Of a DNA stretch of 64,000 nt, positions 31,323-41,545 are shown piece after piece. The stretch's first letter is position 1. The number at the start of each line of letters is the position of its first letter. Both the position numbers and the translations under genes were made by a program. The stretch spans positions 1,760,001 to 1,824,000 of the forward strand of contig CAWGXH010000004.1 of the NCBI GenBank assembly GCA_963826525.1, in the 5' to 3' direction. The notes below the pieces were generated by a model that saw only the letters and a list, made by a program, of their open reading frames with translations, was not told the DNA's origin and ran no database searches. The DNA is from an uncultured Methanomicrobiaceae archaeon (GTDB taxonomy: Archaea > Halobacteriota > Methanomicrobia > Methanomicrobiales > Methanoculleaceae).

Positions 31323-32561
31323 CTACCCCATCTTTATAAGCCTGATGGAAGCGGGCCGCTTGACGATTCCCTTGAAGTCACGGGCGGCGACATACTCAAG
31401 GTTCTTCCCGCCAAGGCGGTCGAGGAGTCTCTGATCAACTACACGGTCGACGACGAGCCCCTCCACCTTTCCATTCAGGCTCAGAAGGGCACCCTCCAGA
31501 TCTGCGGCATCCGATTCTGCAAGAACGGCGGAGTCGGGGGAGAGGAATCGGGCGAGATTGCGATCTTTCACGTTCGCGATGTGGTCGCCGAGCGTTAGCG
31601 GGACTCCCGATTGCAGGGGCTGCGGGTCTTCCCGCGCCGTCTGTTGCTCCGGGGGATGTGCATCGGCAGTCTTTTCGTCGGTCGGTAACTTCGCCTCCGT
31701 CGGGATTGCTCTTCCCGGCTGCTCCTGTTCTTCCCTCCCTGTGTATTCCGCGGTAAACTCGACCGGCACTTTGTTCCGGAGCGCCTTGACGATCTCCTTT
31801 CTGGTCATTCCTTCGACGCTCTTGCCGCGCTGACAGTACGACACGAAATCGATATCGGCGACCTGCAAGAGTTCACGCAGGATCAGCTCGCCGCCGCGGT
31901 CGCCGTCGAGGAACGTCGTTGCCGTCTTTCGGGAGCAGAGGTCGATGATGATATCCGGAACGTTGGTGCCCTCGACGGCCACAGCGTTCTTTATGCCGTA
32001 GCGGAGGAGGTTGATGACGTCCGCCCGCCCCTCGACGACGATGATTGCATCCGAGTCGCAGACATTCGGGCCTGCCGGTACTTTTTCGTCGCCGAGCAGT
32101 TCGAGCTTCTCGATTCTGATGACCTCCCTCACTTCGTCGAGCAGTTCGTCGCTGTTGATCTCCCCCTCGTCGAAGTGTTCGAGCAGCAGCTCCTTCGCCC
32201 GGTCGACGATCTTCCGGCGTTTTGTCACGCGGATATCTTCGATCCGGCCGACGGTAACGTGCGCCGTGCACGGTCCGACGCGGTCTATCGTCTCCAGGGA
32301 TGATGCAAGCAGCGCCGTCTCCGCTCGATCGAGCGAGGAGGATATCAGAATCTCCCCTTTCGTCTCTCCGCGCTTGGTACTGATCTGGACATCTATCCGT
32401 CCGACCCGCCCGGTCCTCTGTAAATCACGCAGATCAAGGTCTTCGCCGAGTAAACCTTCTGTCTGGCCGAATATTGCGCCTACAACATCGGGTTTATCGA
32501 CCACCCCCTCTGTCTGCAAAGTAAGGTGAATAAGGTACTTTGTAGTTTCCGGTGAATACAT
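31323..32561 (-). CDS. dnaG: Archaeal DnaG-like protein (exosome-associated)
   Basis: DVVGAIFGQTEGLLG, TOPRIM VEGRADV, DGDRGG. Confidence 0.96.
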   Translation of the reverse strand: MYSPETTKYLIHLTLQTEGVVDKPDVVGAIFGQTEGLLGEDLDLRDLQRTGRVGRIDVQISTKRGETKGEILISSSLDRAETALLASSLETIDRVGPCTAHVTVGRIEDIRVTKRRKIVDRAKELLLEHFDEGEINSDELLDEVREVIRIEKLELLGDEKVPAGPNVCDSDAIIVVEGRADVINLLRYGIKNAVAVEGTNVPDIIIDLCSRKTATTFLDGDRGGELILRELLQVADIDFVSYCQRGKSVEGMTRKEIVKALRNKVPVEFTAEYTGREEQEQPGRAIPTEAKLPTDEKTADAHPPEQQTAREDPQPLQSGVPLTLGDHIANVKDRNLARFLSPDSAVLAESDAADLEGALLSLNGKVEGLVVDRVVDQRLLDRLGGKNLEYVAARDFKGIVKRPASIRLIKMG

Positions 32562-32812
32562 GTAAAACCCCCCCACTGTACGGGAAGATAATCGCCATAT
32601 GTCATGCAAACATTCATAAGCCTGAACATAGGTCCAGCTATATATCTAGAGTGAAATTACTTAAAGTAAATGGCAGCCGTATCGCGAATCCAGGCGGGGA
32701 TGGATTCCGAATTCATCGAATAATGGGCTGGGATTTAGATTATTGCGGAATTATAATGGTGCTTTAATGATGCACGGAGCAGAGGCTGTTATCTGCCCCG
32801 ATACCGGGGCTC

Positions 32813-33133
32813 CTACGGCTCTCCAGCTGATTTGAGGGCTGCAAGCACTGCCGAACGCTGCGCACCCGTGATGAGAAGGGTCTTTGTGGACGATGTGGTT
32901 CCCGATGCAACGGTCACGGAGCTGCGTGGCACGCCGAGGGTCTCTGCGACAAGTGCGATGATCGCCTTATTCGCCCGCCCGCCTACGGCAGGAGCTGCTA
33001 CCTGACAGCGGATGCTCTTTCGCCATGTATTGTAGCCTGCGGGAAAAGCATTCTTCTTCGCACCGGCCGAGACATCGAGTGCGATACGTATCCCGCTATC
33101 GGTCTCTGTTACGGCGTCGGCAAAGGAGTCCAT
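32813..33133 (-). CDS. DUF167/UPF0235 family protein
   Basis: VAAPAVGGRAN..LGVPRSSV..GTTSSTK. Confidence 0.9.
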   Translation of the reverse strand: MDSFADAVTETDSGIRIALDVSAGAKKNAFPAGYNTWRKSIRCQVAAPAVGGRANKAIIALVAETLGVPRSSVTVASGTTSSTKTLLITGAQRSAVLAALKSAGEP

Positions 33134-33163
33134 ACGATCACGACTCTCTCGTGGAATAATCAG

Positions 33164-33295
33164 AAGTGTCGCCCGACACTAACAAGCGAAGATCACCGGT
33201 GGCTGGTGCCGTACCTCACCCGCTTTTTAACCCTATGCCGGGCGTTGCCTGTCGCGCACCTGGGTTGTCCCGAGGTTCATATCCAGGCATCTCGC
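33164..33295 (-). ncRNA. Putative box H/ACA pseudouridylation guide RNA
   Basis: 3' hairpin: lower stem CGCCCGGCA/UGUCGGGCG followed directly by ACA; pocket AGGGUUA / GUUA; upper stem AAGCGGG/UUCGCUU with GUGA..UGA K-turn-like motifs; upstream TTTATA. Confidence 0.7.
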
Positions 33296-33314
33296 CAGAT
33301 GATCACACGGGGAC

Positions 33315-34613
33315 CTATAAAGTGCGCTGTATCGGCACACAATTATTCGTTCTCCGGGATATTATACCCTCCGCCGGGTACCACCGCGGGAGCACGGCCA
33401 GATATTCGCCCTCCTTATATGCGCGCACCCCCTGCACAATAACCTCCGTCGGGAAGACCGCCTCATAGCCCGCGTAGGGCGACCATCCGGCACGGGAGTG
33501 CAGGGTGCCCGGATCTATCGTCGTGATCTCCCGGGGATACAGGGCGTAGTCTGCCCGATCGCCGGGGGCAAACCCGGCGCACGGGATGCCGAGGAGGGTT
33601 GCCGGCGTCCTGGATGTCTTCTCTATGACCGATATCCGCGAGATCTGCCGTTTCTGCACCGCTGCCATGAGCAGAGGCACCATCGTCTCGACACCGGGGA
33701 TCCCCGATGGTGCATCGGCGATAGCACGGCGCTTCTCCTCTGCCGTATGCGGGGCATGATCGGATGCAATGACATCGATCTTCTCCCAGCGCAACCAGAG
33801 ATGCCGCCGTTCCGTCTCGCTCCGAAGTGGAGGGTTCACCTTTCCGGCCGCATCGGCAGGGTCGAATTGCTCCCGGGAGAGGAAGAGGTGGTGCGGCGTC
33901 ACCTCCACCGTTCCTTGTGCGGCATCGACGGCCGCGGCGGTGCTCAGGTGGCAGAAGTGGATGCGCGAACCGGGTGGCGCAAGCCCGCTGACGATCGCGA
34001 CTGCGCGCGCTTCCCCGTCCGCCGGGCGCATCCGGTCGTGATCGGCGAGGGTCTGCGGGGCCCCCTCGAGAGCGATCTCCTCTGCGTGGATCGTGGCAAG
34101 CCCGCCGAGACGGTTGATGCGCCGGAGGGCATCGGTGAGTGCCTCGGGCGAGAGCGCCTCGCCGTAGCTGGAGGGGGCTGCAAACGTCTCGCCGAAGGCA
34201 AGTGCGCCCGCACGCCACATCCCTTCGAGATCCGCATCCGCCGTGACGCCGGCGTTCACCGCAAAACCGCAGACGGCATGCTCCGCAGCCTCACGTATCC
34301 GCGTGGAAAGCCGCTCTCCGGTGGTGAGGGGAGGGATGGTGTTCGGCTGATCGACGACGACCGTCACACCGCCGGCGACGGCGCTTGCCGTGCCGCTGGC
34401 AAAGTCCTCTTTGTGCGCCTGCTCTCCGCCTCGCATATGCACGTGCATATCGACCGCCCCCGGCATGCAGATAAACCGGCTGCAGTCGACGGACTCACAA
34501 GCCCGGAGCGGTGCCCCAACGTGCCTGACGAGCCCCCGATCGACGGCGATATCGGCGACCCTCCCGTCCGGGAGCGTCACATTCTCGAGGAGGAGATCGA
34601 CCGGCCGGGTCAT
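33315..34613 (-). CDS. pyrC: Dihydroorotase
   Basis: DMHVHMR, DQPNTIP, IHAE, HFCHLS, EVTPHHL, KVNPPLR, ASDHAPH; extreme C-terminus may be frameshift-extended. Confidence 0.92.
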   Translation of the reverse strand: MTRPVDLLLENVTLPDGRVADIAVDRGLVRHVGAPLRACESVDCSRFICMPGAVDMHVHMRGGEQAHKEDFASGTASAVAGGVTVVVDQPNTIPPLTTGERLSTRIREAAEHAVCGFAVNAGVTADADLEGMWRAGALAFGETFAAPSSYGEALSPEALTDALRRINRLGGLATIHAEEIALEGAPQTLADHDRMRPADGEARAVAIVSGLAPPGSRIHFCHLSTAAAVDAAQGTVEVTPHHLFLSREQFDPADAAGKVNPPLRSETERRHLWLRWEKIDVIASDHAPHTAEEKRRAIADAPSGIPGVETMVPLLMAAVQKRQISRISVIEKTSRTPATLLGIPCAGFAPGDRADYALYPREITTIDPGTLHSRAGWSPYAGYEAVFPTEVIVQGVRAYKEGEYLAVLPRWYPAEGIISRRTNNCVPIQRTL

Positions 34614-35524
34614 GCGAGGTTCGCCTTCAGGTCGTCTTTCTGCACGTAATGCACCTCGACCATATGATCCGGTTTATAGCGCATCTTCGCTTCCCGGAGT
34701 CCGGGAACCCCCATGTCGCATTCCCGGTCGATGCAGAGGTACTCGTTCACGAGGCCGGACGCGGTCTCGGCATTGATCGCACGATAGATCCCGCGGTACA
34801 CATCGGGTAGCGCCTTTTCGAAGTGCACTACCGCGGTCGTCTCGTTCAGCCGTCCCACTACCGATATCGCACCGATGTTCTCTCCTACCCTGACGATCGT
34901 GCCGCGGAGCTGCAGATCGAAGAAGTGCTCCATGGCAAAGAGGATGGCGTCCTTCTCGTAGGCAAGGATGGGTACCGAGTCGCAGTCCTTCCACTCGCAC
35001 CATTCGATGAGGAACTCAAGCACCTCGTCGATAGTCTCCGGCGTGATCGCATCGGTCGTATACGAAAATTCGCGCCTGAACTTGTTGAGGTTCCGGCGTA
35101 TGGTGAGGTAATCGCCGCCGGGGAGTTTGGCAAGGTCATCGGCGCGGTAGATGTAGTCGAAGAAGTCCCTGTCCGGGTGCAGCGTGAGATCCGGATAGAG
35201 CGTGCGTATCCATGCCGTCGAATCCGGATCGAGCGAGATGAGGGGGGTTTTGCCGCCTGCCGATGCGGCAAGTTCCAGCACCTCGCGGAGGAGGGCGGGG
35301 TCCTTCGGCCCTATCGGTGGGCGGAAGGTCGTTTCGCCGTCGATCGTGCTCGAGATGACGATCGCATCCCCGACGCAGGCGTACCGATAGTCCGCATAGT
35401 GATTCCAGCAGACCATATTTGCAAACGTGTTATCGCTGTGTACCTGCGGGTACGCCGCGTACTGTTCATTAAAAGTATCTCTATCATCCAGGGTAACCGG
35501 TTTGAAATCACTCAGTGACAGCAT
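34610..35524 (-). CDS. DUF2156 (aminoacyl-tRNA-dependent transferase-like) protein
   Basis: DYIY..DLAKLPG..RRNLNKF, VHFEKA, DMGVPGLREAKMRYKP. Confidence 0.85.
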   Translation of the reverse strand: MLSLSDFKPVTLDDRDTFNEQYAAYPQVHSDNTFANMVCWNHYADYRYACVGDAIVISSTIDGETTFRPPIGPKDPALLREVLELAASAGGKTPLISLDPDSTAWIRTLYPDLTLHPDRDFFDYIYRADDLAKLPGGDYLTIRRNLNKFRREFSYTTDAITPETIDEVLEFLIEWCEWKDCDSVPILAYEKDAILFAMEHFFDLQLRGTIVRVGENIGAISVVGRLNETTAVVHFEKALPDVYRGIYRAINAETASGLVNEYLCIDRECDMGVPGLREAKMRYKPDHMVEVHYVQKDDLKANLA

Positions 35525-35526
35525 CT

Positions 35527-35955
35527 TCACTGCTCTCCGTAATACCGCATGGGCACAAAGCCTTCGAGTCTCAAAAAGCCCATCGGTTGATAAAATTCTT
35601 CGGTTCCGGGTTCGGCAATCAGTCCTATCCACCCAAGATCAGCAGCTTTGCACTGCTCCAGCAGTGCCGAGACGATCATCTTCCCGATGCCCCGCCCCCG
35701 CTGATCGGGCAGGACGACGAGGTCCTGAATATATGCGTCGGAGACCCCGTCCGAGATGACCCGGCCCATCCCGACCGTCCGGCCGCTCTCTCTCTCGACG
35801 GCGACGGCGAACACAAAACTCCCCCGGACGAGGGCGCCGAGCCCGGCCGGATCCCACCGTTCGTTCCACCATCCTCCTGCGCGGTAGAGATCGGCGATCA
35901 CCTCTTCGTCCCAGGCGTTCACCATCCGTATCTCGATCCCCGTTCCCTGCTCCAT
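35527..35955 (-). CDS. GNAT N-acetyltransferase
   Basis: VGMGRVISDG..AYIQDLVVLPDQRGRGIG..FYQPMGF. Confidence 0.9.
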   Translation of the reverse strand: MEQGTGIEIRMVNAWDEEVIADLYRAGGWWNERWDPAGLGALVRGSFVFAVAVERESGRTVGMGRVISDGVSDAYIQDLVVLPDQRGRGIGKMIVSALLEQCKAADLGWIGLIAEPGTEEFYQPMGFLRLEGFVPMRYYGEQ

Positions 35956-36050
35956 ATCCGTATCTCCTTCCATCCCGGACTGTATCACTCAGGTTTGTTT
36001 CGCAGGCTTACGGCGCGGCAACTCAAAAAGTGTATCTGTGGGTCTTCGCC

Positions 36051-37047
36051 CTAACAGACTCTTGGAACGGGGTCGCCGATCGGCGGCTCGATGAACCGCT
36101 CTCCCCCGATGGCGGTCTTCATAACGACGTTCGATCCCTCGACGACGGTGCCGACGATCGCCGCATCCCGGCCGTAGGGGTGGGAGCGGAGTGCAGCGAG
36201 AATTGCATCGGCATCCTCCGGTTTCACGCCGAGGATCACTTTCCCTTCGTTCGCCACTTCGAGGGGGTCGAGGCCGAGCATGCCTGCCGCACTCCGGACA
36301 CTCGTCTTCAGTGGAAGCGACTCTTCCTCGATGACGACGCCGTGCCCGCTCTTCCTGGCCATCTCGTTGATGGCGTTTGCAAACCCGCCCCGGGTCGGGT
36401 CCTTCATCGCGTGGATCTCCCCCGCCGCCATCGCACGCTCGACGAGCGGCCAGAGCGGCGATACGTCCGAGCGGATCTGGTCGCCGAACTCGAATCCCTC
36501 CCGGTGCGCCATGATGGCGATCCCGTGATCGCCGAGGGTGCCGCTGACGATGATGCGGTCGCCGACGGCAAGTCCGTTATCGCGCACGACCTGTTCGGCG
36601 ACACCTATCCCGGCGGTGTTGATGATGATGGTATCAAGCAGCTCCCCGCTCGAGCACTTTGGTATCGCCGGTGACGAGGTTTGCACCGCATTCTCCGAGT
36701 GCGGCATCCATGGACGCGACGATCCGCTCGAGGTCGGCGATCTCGAATCCTTCCGGTATAATCATCCCGCATGAAAGTGCTATGGGTCTGCCTCCCATCA
36801 TGGCGAGATCGTTGATGGTCCCGCAGACGGCGATCCGGCCGATGTCACCGCCTGGAAAGAATATCGGGGAGACGACATGGCTGTCGGTGGTAAAAACGAT
36901 GTTCCTGCCGCTTATGGGGATCACTGCGCCGTCGTCAAGCGATTCGAGCCCTATTCCGCCGGCATTGTTATTTTTCAGGTTGGTGATGGTCTTGAGGAGT
37001 TCGCCCATCACTTCTCCGCCGGCTCCGTGCATGAGGTTTACTTTCAT
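36051..37047 (-). CDS. hypE: Hydrogenase maturation protein HypE (frameshift near 36645)
   Basis: HGAGG, TTDSHVV.PIFFPGGDIG, GDTKV, DPTRGG, ANEG, C-terminal PRVC. Confidence 0.93.
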
Positions 37048-37372
37048 CGCGCATCCACTTCTCTGAGAAATTATTTCGCATATTCGCTATTTGAACCGAA
37101 TTCTCTGACAGATGTCCTGAATTATGACTGGTTCTTCCGGGTAGTACGTTTGATCCGGCACCCCATAAAGTATCTCTTCTCTGTAGCGGCCGTTATCCCG
37201 GTGCTCCGCGACGGCGTGCTCCCCGGGTATGATGGGAAAAACTGAAACAAAAACCAGTGTCTGGAAAACAGGGATAAAACAGTGCGACTTACAACCCGTG
37301 GCATGGTATACCGCTGCCCGCAGGGGTATCCGCGAAGAGATCTCTGTCCCGGCAGGCCCGGTGCCGCGCCGG

Positions 37373-37711
37373 TCAGTCTGCGACTTCTATCTCGATGTTG
37401 GTGACGACGACTTCCCTGCCGTCGACAATCTCGGGGAGTTTCCCGCATCCCGGGCAGACGAACCGCTCGCTCCCTTCGTATCCGCACGGACAGCGGGATC
37501 TGATCGCGACATCGCGGCAGTCGAGTGTTGCCCCGGCAAAGAGTGGGTCATCCTCGATAATGACCTCGAAGAGAAACTTCACCTGCTCCGGGTTCACCAT
37601 TGCCATCTTCCCGAAATCGATGTGCACGCACTTCACCAGGTCAGCTTTGTTTTCGATGGCTGCGCGGCGTGCGGTCGCATAGATGTCATGGGCAATGCTG
37701 TACTCGTGCAT
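37373..37711 (-). CDS. hypA: Hydrogenase nickel metallochaperone HypA
   Basis: MHEYSIA, CPCG..CPGCG, GRE. Confidence 0.93.
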   Translation of the reverse strand: MHEYSIAHDIYATARRAAIENKADLVKCVHIDFGKMAMVNPEQVKFLFEVIIEDDPLFAGATLDCRDVAIRSRCPCGYEGSERFVCPGCGKLPEIVDGREVVVTNIEIEVAD

Positions 37712-37938
37712 TACTCCTCCATCATCGCCGCATGAACCTGCCGGAAGATCTCACGGGTCTCGAGCCCTTCCTCCCGCGAGAGTTTCTGTATTGCAAATCC
37801 GACGTGAACCAGTACGAACTCGCCGATCTCCACATCCACAAGGTCGAGCCTGACTTCCTGCCTGAGGTCGCCGAAGTCCACGACCCCGATGTTATCGTCT
37901 TTGATCTCCAGTACTTCAGCGGGCATTGCGATGCACAT
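37711..37938 (-). CDS. hypC: Hydrogenase chaperone HypC
   Basis: MCIAMPA..VLVHVGFAI. Confidence 0.95.
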   Translation of the reverse strand: MCIAMPAEVLEIKDDNIGVVDFGDLRQEVRLDLVDVEIGEFVLVHVGFAIQKLSREEGLETREIFRQVHAAMMEE

Positions 37939-38551
37939 GTCTCTTCACTCCTCGTTATATCCGGATGACCTGCCTCAAAGATGGTATGCTGCTACCTGAA
38001 AAGGGATGGGCGCATTCCTGTGGTCATGCGGCGTACCGTCTTCGGCGCTTTCTCTCTCCGGCATACATACGGTTCGCTCCGTCACGTGAAAAAGTATGCG
38101 CATCATCAGTTTGCTCGTTCCGAAGGCTCCTTTTTGTCTTCCGCCTGCCCGATTACGTTTGAGTCTCCTTCTTTAACCGGTGTGCAGGTGAGGCCCGTAT
38201 GGAACCGCCCCACGGCCTGTTCGCCCGGAGCTCCGGGATGCCGTTCCTGCCGTGTCGGCGACTTCGGCACCGGGAAGGGCGGATCGCGATCCGACGAGGA
38301 CCTGCTGCCGTCGTGGTCGACGATCTTCTGCGAAGCCGGGGATGTATCCGGATACCCGCACCGGTCACGTATGGCCTATGAGCAACAGCATTATATGCCG
38401 CGGGACGCATCCCGAAGAACCTGCGAAGATCCAGCGGCTGATGCCGGTATCTGTAGCGACGGTATGTGGCTCCGTAGAGCGCTGCGGATACGGGTGCAGA
38501 GGGCGCGCCCTCGTCCCGCCGTGGGCGAGCAGAATGCCGGGAGTGATGAAA

Positions 38552-39764
38552 ATGAGGAAGAAAAACATACGGGATATCGATGTGAATGGAAAGCGTTTAC
38601 TTATCCGGGTCGATTATAACGTTCCGCTCGATAGTAGCGGCTCTATCGCCGATGATACCCGGATACGTGCAACGCTGCCGACGATACGCTACCTGCTCGA
38701 GAAGAATGCGCGGGTCATTCTCTGTTCCCACCTCGGTCGGCCCGGTGGTAAGGTGGTGGATTCTCTCCGACTCGCCCCGGTCGCGGACCGCCTCTCCGAG
38801 TTGCTGGATAAACCCGTCACGGCGCTCCGCGACTGTGTCGGGCCTGAGGTCGAGGCGGCTGTCTTCAGCATGAGAGCGGGGGATGTCGTGCTGCTCGAGA
38901 ACCTCCGGTTCCACAAGGGAGAGAAAGCAAACGACCCAGGATTTGCCGAACAGCTCGGCACGTCTTGCCGAGGTATACGTCAACGATGCTTTCGGCGTCT
39001 CCCACCGTGTTCAGGCATCGGTGGTCGGCGTTCCGAAGCACCTGCCGGCGGTAGCCGGGCTGCTCCTGCAGCGGGAGGTCGATGTCTTTGCGGATCTTCT
39101 CGAACACCCGGAGCGGCCGTTTGCTGCGGTGATCGGCGGTGCGAAAGTGAGCGATAAACTCGCTGTCCTTGAGAATGTCATCACGAAGGTGGATTTGCTG
39201 ATCATCGGGGGAGGGATGGCATCTACCTTCATCACGAGCGAGGGGCTCGGCGTCGGTGCATCACGCGTGGAGGCGGATCAGCTCGATTCGGTCAGGCAGA
39301 TCGAGAAGAAGGCCGAGTCACTGCCGGTCACTCTTCTCCTCCCACGCGACGTCGTCGTGGCCGACGTGCTGGGGGCGGGCGCAAAGACACGCATCGTCCC
39401 GATAACCGCGATTCCGGAGGGATGCCGCATCGCCGATATCGGGCCGGAGACGGTTCACGACTTTTCAGAGGCGCTCTCCCGCTGCCGTACCGCCATCTGG
39501 AACGGACCCGTGGGCATCTTCGAGATCCCCGAGTTCGCAACGGGAACACGGCAGGTTGCGGAGGCTATTGCATCGATCCGGGGAACCACGGCGGTCGGTG
39601 GCGGATCGACCATCGAGGCGGTCGAGCGATTCGGTTTTGCGGATCGGATCTCGCATATCTCGACGGGTGGCGGAGCCGTGCTGGAACTTCTTGCGGGAAA
39701 ACCGCTGCCCGGTGTCGAGGCACTCCAGGACGCGAGGCCGGAACTCATGGAGAAGAGGGCCTGA
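38552..39764 (+). CDS. pgk: Phosphoglycerate kinase, bacterial-type (frameshift near 38958)
   Basis: [56 protein letters not shown]. Confidence 0.93.
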
Positions 39765-39789
39765 TCGTCCGGCACTCCGGGGAATGGCG

Positions 39790-40758
39790 ATGAAGCGGAT
39801 AGGCATATTGACGAGCGGCGGTGATGCGCCGGGCATGAATGCCTGTATCCGGGCTGCGGTGCGCACCGGGCTTGCAGGCGGCGTGGAGGTGGTCGGGGTA
39901 CGCAGGGGGTATGCCGGGCTTATCAGGGGCGAGACGATGCCGCTTGACCGGACGGCCATCCGGAACACCATCCACCTCGGCGGAACGATTCTCGAAACGT
40001 CCCGCTCCCGGGAGTTCCTGACCCGTGAAGGGCGGGCAGAGGCTGCAGCGACTGTTCAACGGGAGAACCTGGACGGCCTGATCCTGATCGGGGGCGACGG
40101 GACGTTCCACGGCGCAAGCATCTTCGCCGACGAGTGGGGGACAGCGTTTGTGGGGGTGCCGGCGAGCATCGATAACGACGTCTACGGTACCGACTCCTGC
40201 GTCGGCTTCGATACCGCCGCGAACTGCGCCCTCAACGCGATCGACCGGATCCGCGATACGGCACGGTCGCACGATCGCCTCTTCTTTGTCGAGGTGATGG
40301 GCAGGGAGAGCGGCTACCTTGCACTCGAGAGCGGCATTGCCGGCGGCGCCGAGGAGCTGATCATCCCCGAGGAGCCGCTCCCGCTTGAAAAGCTCGCCAC
40401 CCGACTCAAAGAAGGGCTTGCCATCGGGAAGAAGAGTGCTATCGTGGTCGTGGCGGAGGGGAATCGGCCGGGGAGATCCTTCGAGATAGCCGAGTCACTC
40501 CGGGAGTATCTCGCGTTCGAATCCCGTGTCGTTGTTCTCGGGCACCTCCAGCGCGGAGGGCCGCCCACGGTACGTGACCGCGTCCTTGGAAGCATGCTCG
40601 GTGTCGCGGCCGTTACGGCGCTCCAGGACGGCCGGAGCGGGTGTATGGTCGGCGAGGTGAAGGGGGAGGTCGTCTATACGCCGCTTGAGGAGACCTGGCA
40701 GAAGAAAAAACCGCTCAATCCCGCCTTGATGAGGATATTTCCGCTCCTCTCCGAGTAG
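39790..40758 (+). CDS. pfkA: ATP-dependent 6-phosphofructokinase (PfkA type)
   Basis: LTSGGDAPGMNA, GGDGT, PASIDND, RIRDTA.SH, EVMGR, LGHLQRGG. Confidence 0.95.
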   Translation: MKRIGILTSGGDAPGMNACIRAAVRTGLAGGVEVVGVRRGYAGLIRGETMPLDRTAIRNTIHLGGTILETSRSREFLTREGRAEAAATVQRENLDGLILIGGDGTFHGASIFADEWGTAFVGVPASIDNDVYGTDSCVGFDTAANCALNAIDRIRDTARSHDRLFFVEVMGRESGYLALESGIAGGAEELIIPEEPLPLEKLATRLKEGLAIGKKSAIVVVAEGNRPGRSFEIAESLREYLAFESRVVVLGHLQRGGPPTVRDRVLGSMLGVAAVTALQDGRSGCMVGEVKGEVVYTPLEETWQKKKPLNPALMRIFPLLSE

Positions 40759-40910
40759 CAATGCGGGTGCCCGCAAGGTTTATGCATCGTCATGCCGATG
40801 CCGCTGCCCCCGCGGTGGGTGAGCTCTCCGATGCAGGTTTTGCATGTCGGCACGGAGAACGGCATGTACCCGGGCTCGGATACATTCTCTTACGTGTGGA
40901 GGAAGTGTGT

Positions 40911-41024
40911 ATGAAAGCCATGAAGATTGTTGTTGCTGGACTCGGGCTGGTCGTTCTGGCGGGCGTAGCCCTCGCTATAATGAAGAAGGCCGGAAAGCAT
41001 GCAGGGTGCCCGTACTGCTCCTGA
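40911..41024 (+). CDS. 37-aa single-TM microprotein ending in CPYCS
   Basis: GGAGG RBS before ATG; MKAMKIVVAGLGLVVLAGVALAIMKKAGKHAGCPYCS. Confidence 0.55.
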   Translation: MKAMKIVVAGLGLVVLAGVALAIMKKAGKHAGCPYCS

Positions 41025-41545
41025 TGAAGAGGCGGGAAAGACCCGGCCTTCCTTTTCAGACACCGGCGGCTGCGCTCCCGGTTTGCGGGTAGGTATCAAG
41101 GCTGATTCCCGGCACGGCCTCGCACCGCGGCCGGCTCGCCGTTCCGGTTCAGCAATCCTTAAATATCCCTAATCCCGGCTGAATCCGCCGAAAAAACCAC
41201 CCTCACAGTAGCCCACAGACGGCCGATCGCAACGTCGGTAAGGGTATCCATCCTCTAAAAATTACTGCCCCTTATATTACCGTTATATCTCGAAGATTTT
41301 TCAATATTTCGGGGATATAGGCCATATGCTCCGGCTAATCCTGGTTCTGAAATCTGGCCTCTGAAAACAGTGCTATAATCGGAAACTAACGGCAAATTAA
41401 CCTTATTTCAGGATGGGTGAGGGGCACCCCCTTCACCCGGGTGCCGGCATGCCGTCTGCCGGGGACAGACCGGGCACGCTGTCGGCTGGAACGGGGGGTG
41501 GCGGTGATCCGCGACTTCCCCTGCCCGATCTCTTCGGTCATCCCT

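Noticed and set aside
33160-33320. SRP RNA or RNase P RNA
   Set aside because: Too short and lacks the SRP helix-8 and RNase P GAGGAAAGUCC signatures; fits H/ACA better.
37981-38545. 212-aa ORF upstream of pgk
   Set aside because: No recognisable motifs, atypical composition, and it overlaps the pgk start; probably non-coding or decayed DNA.
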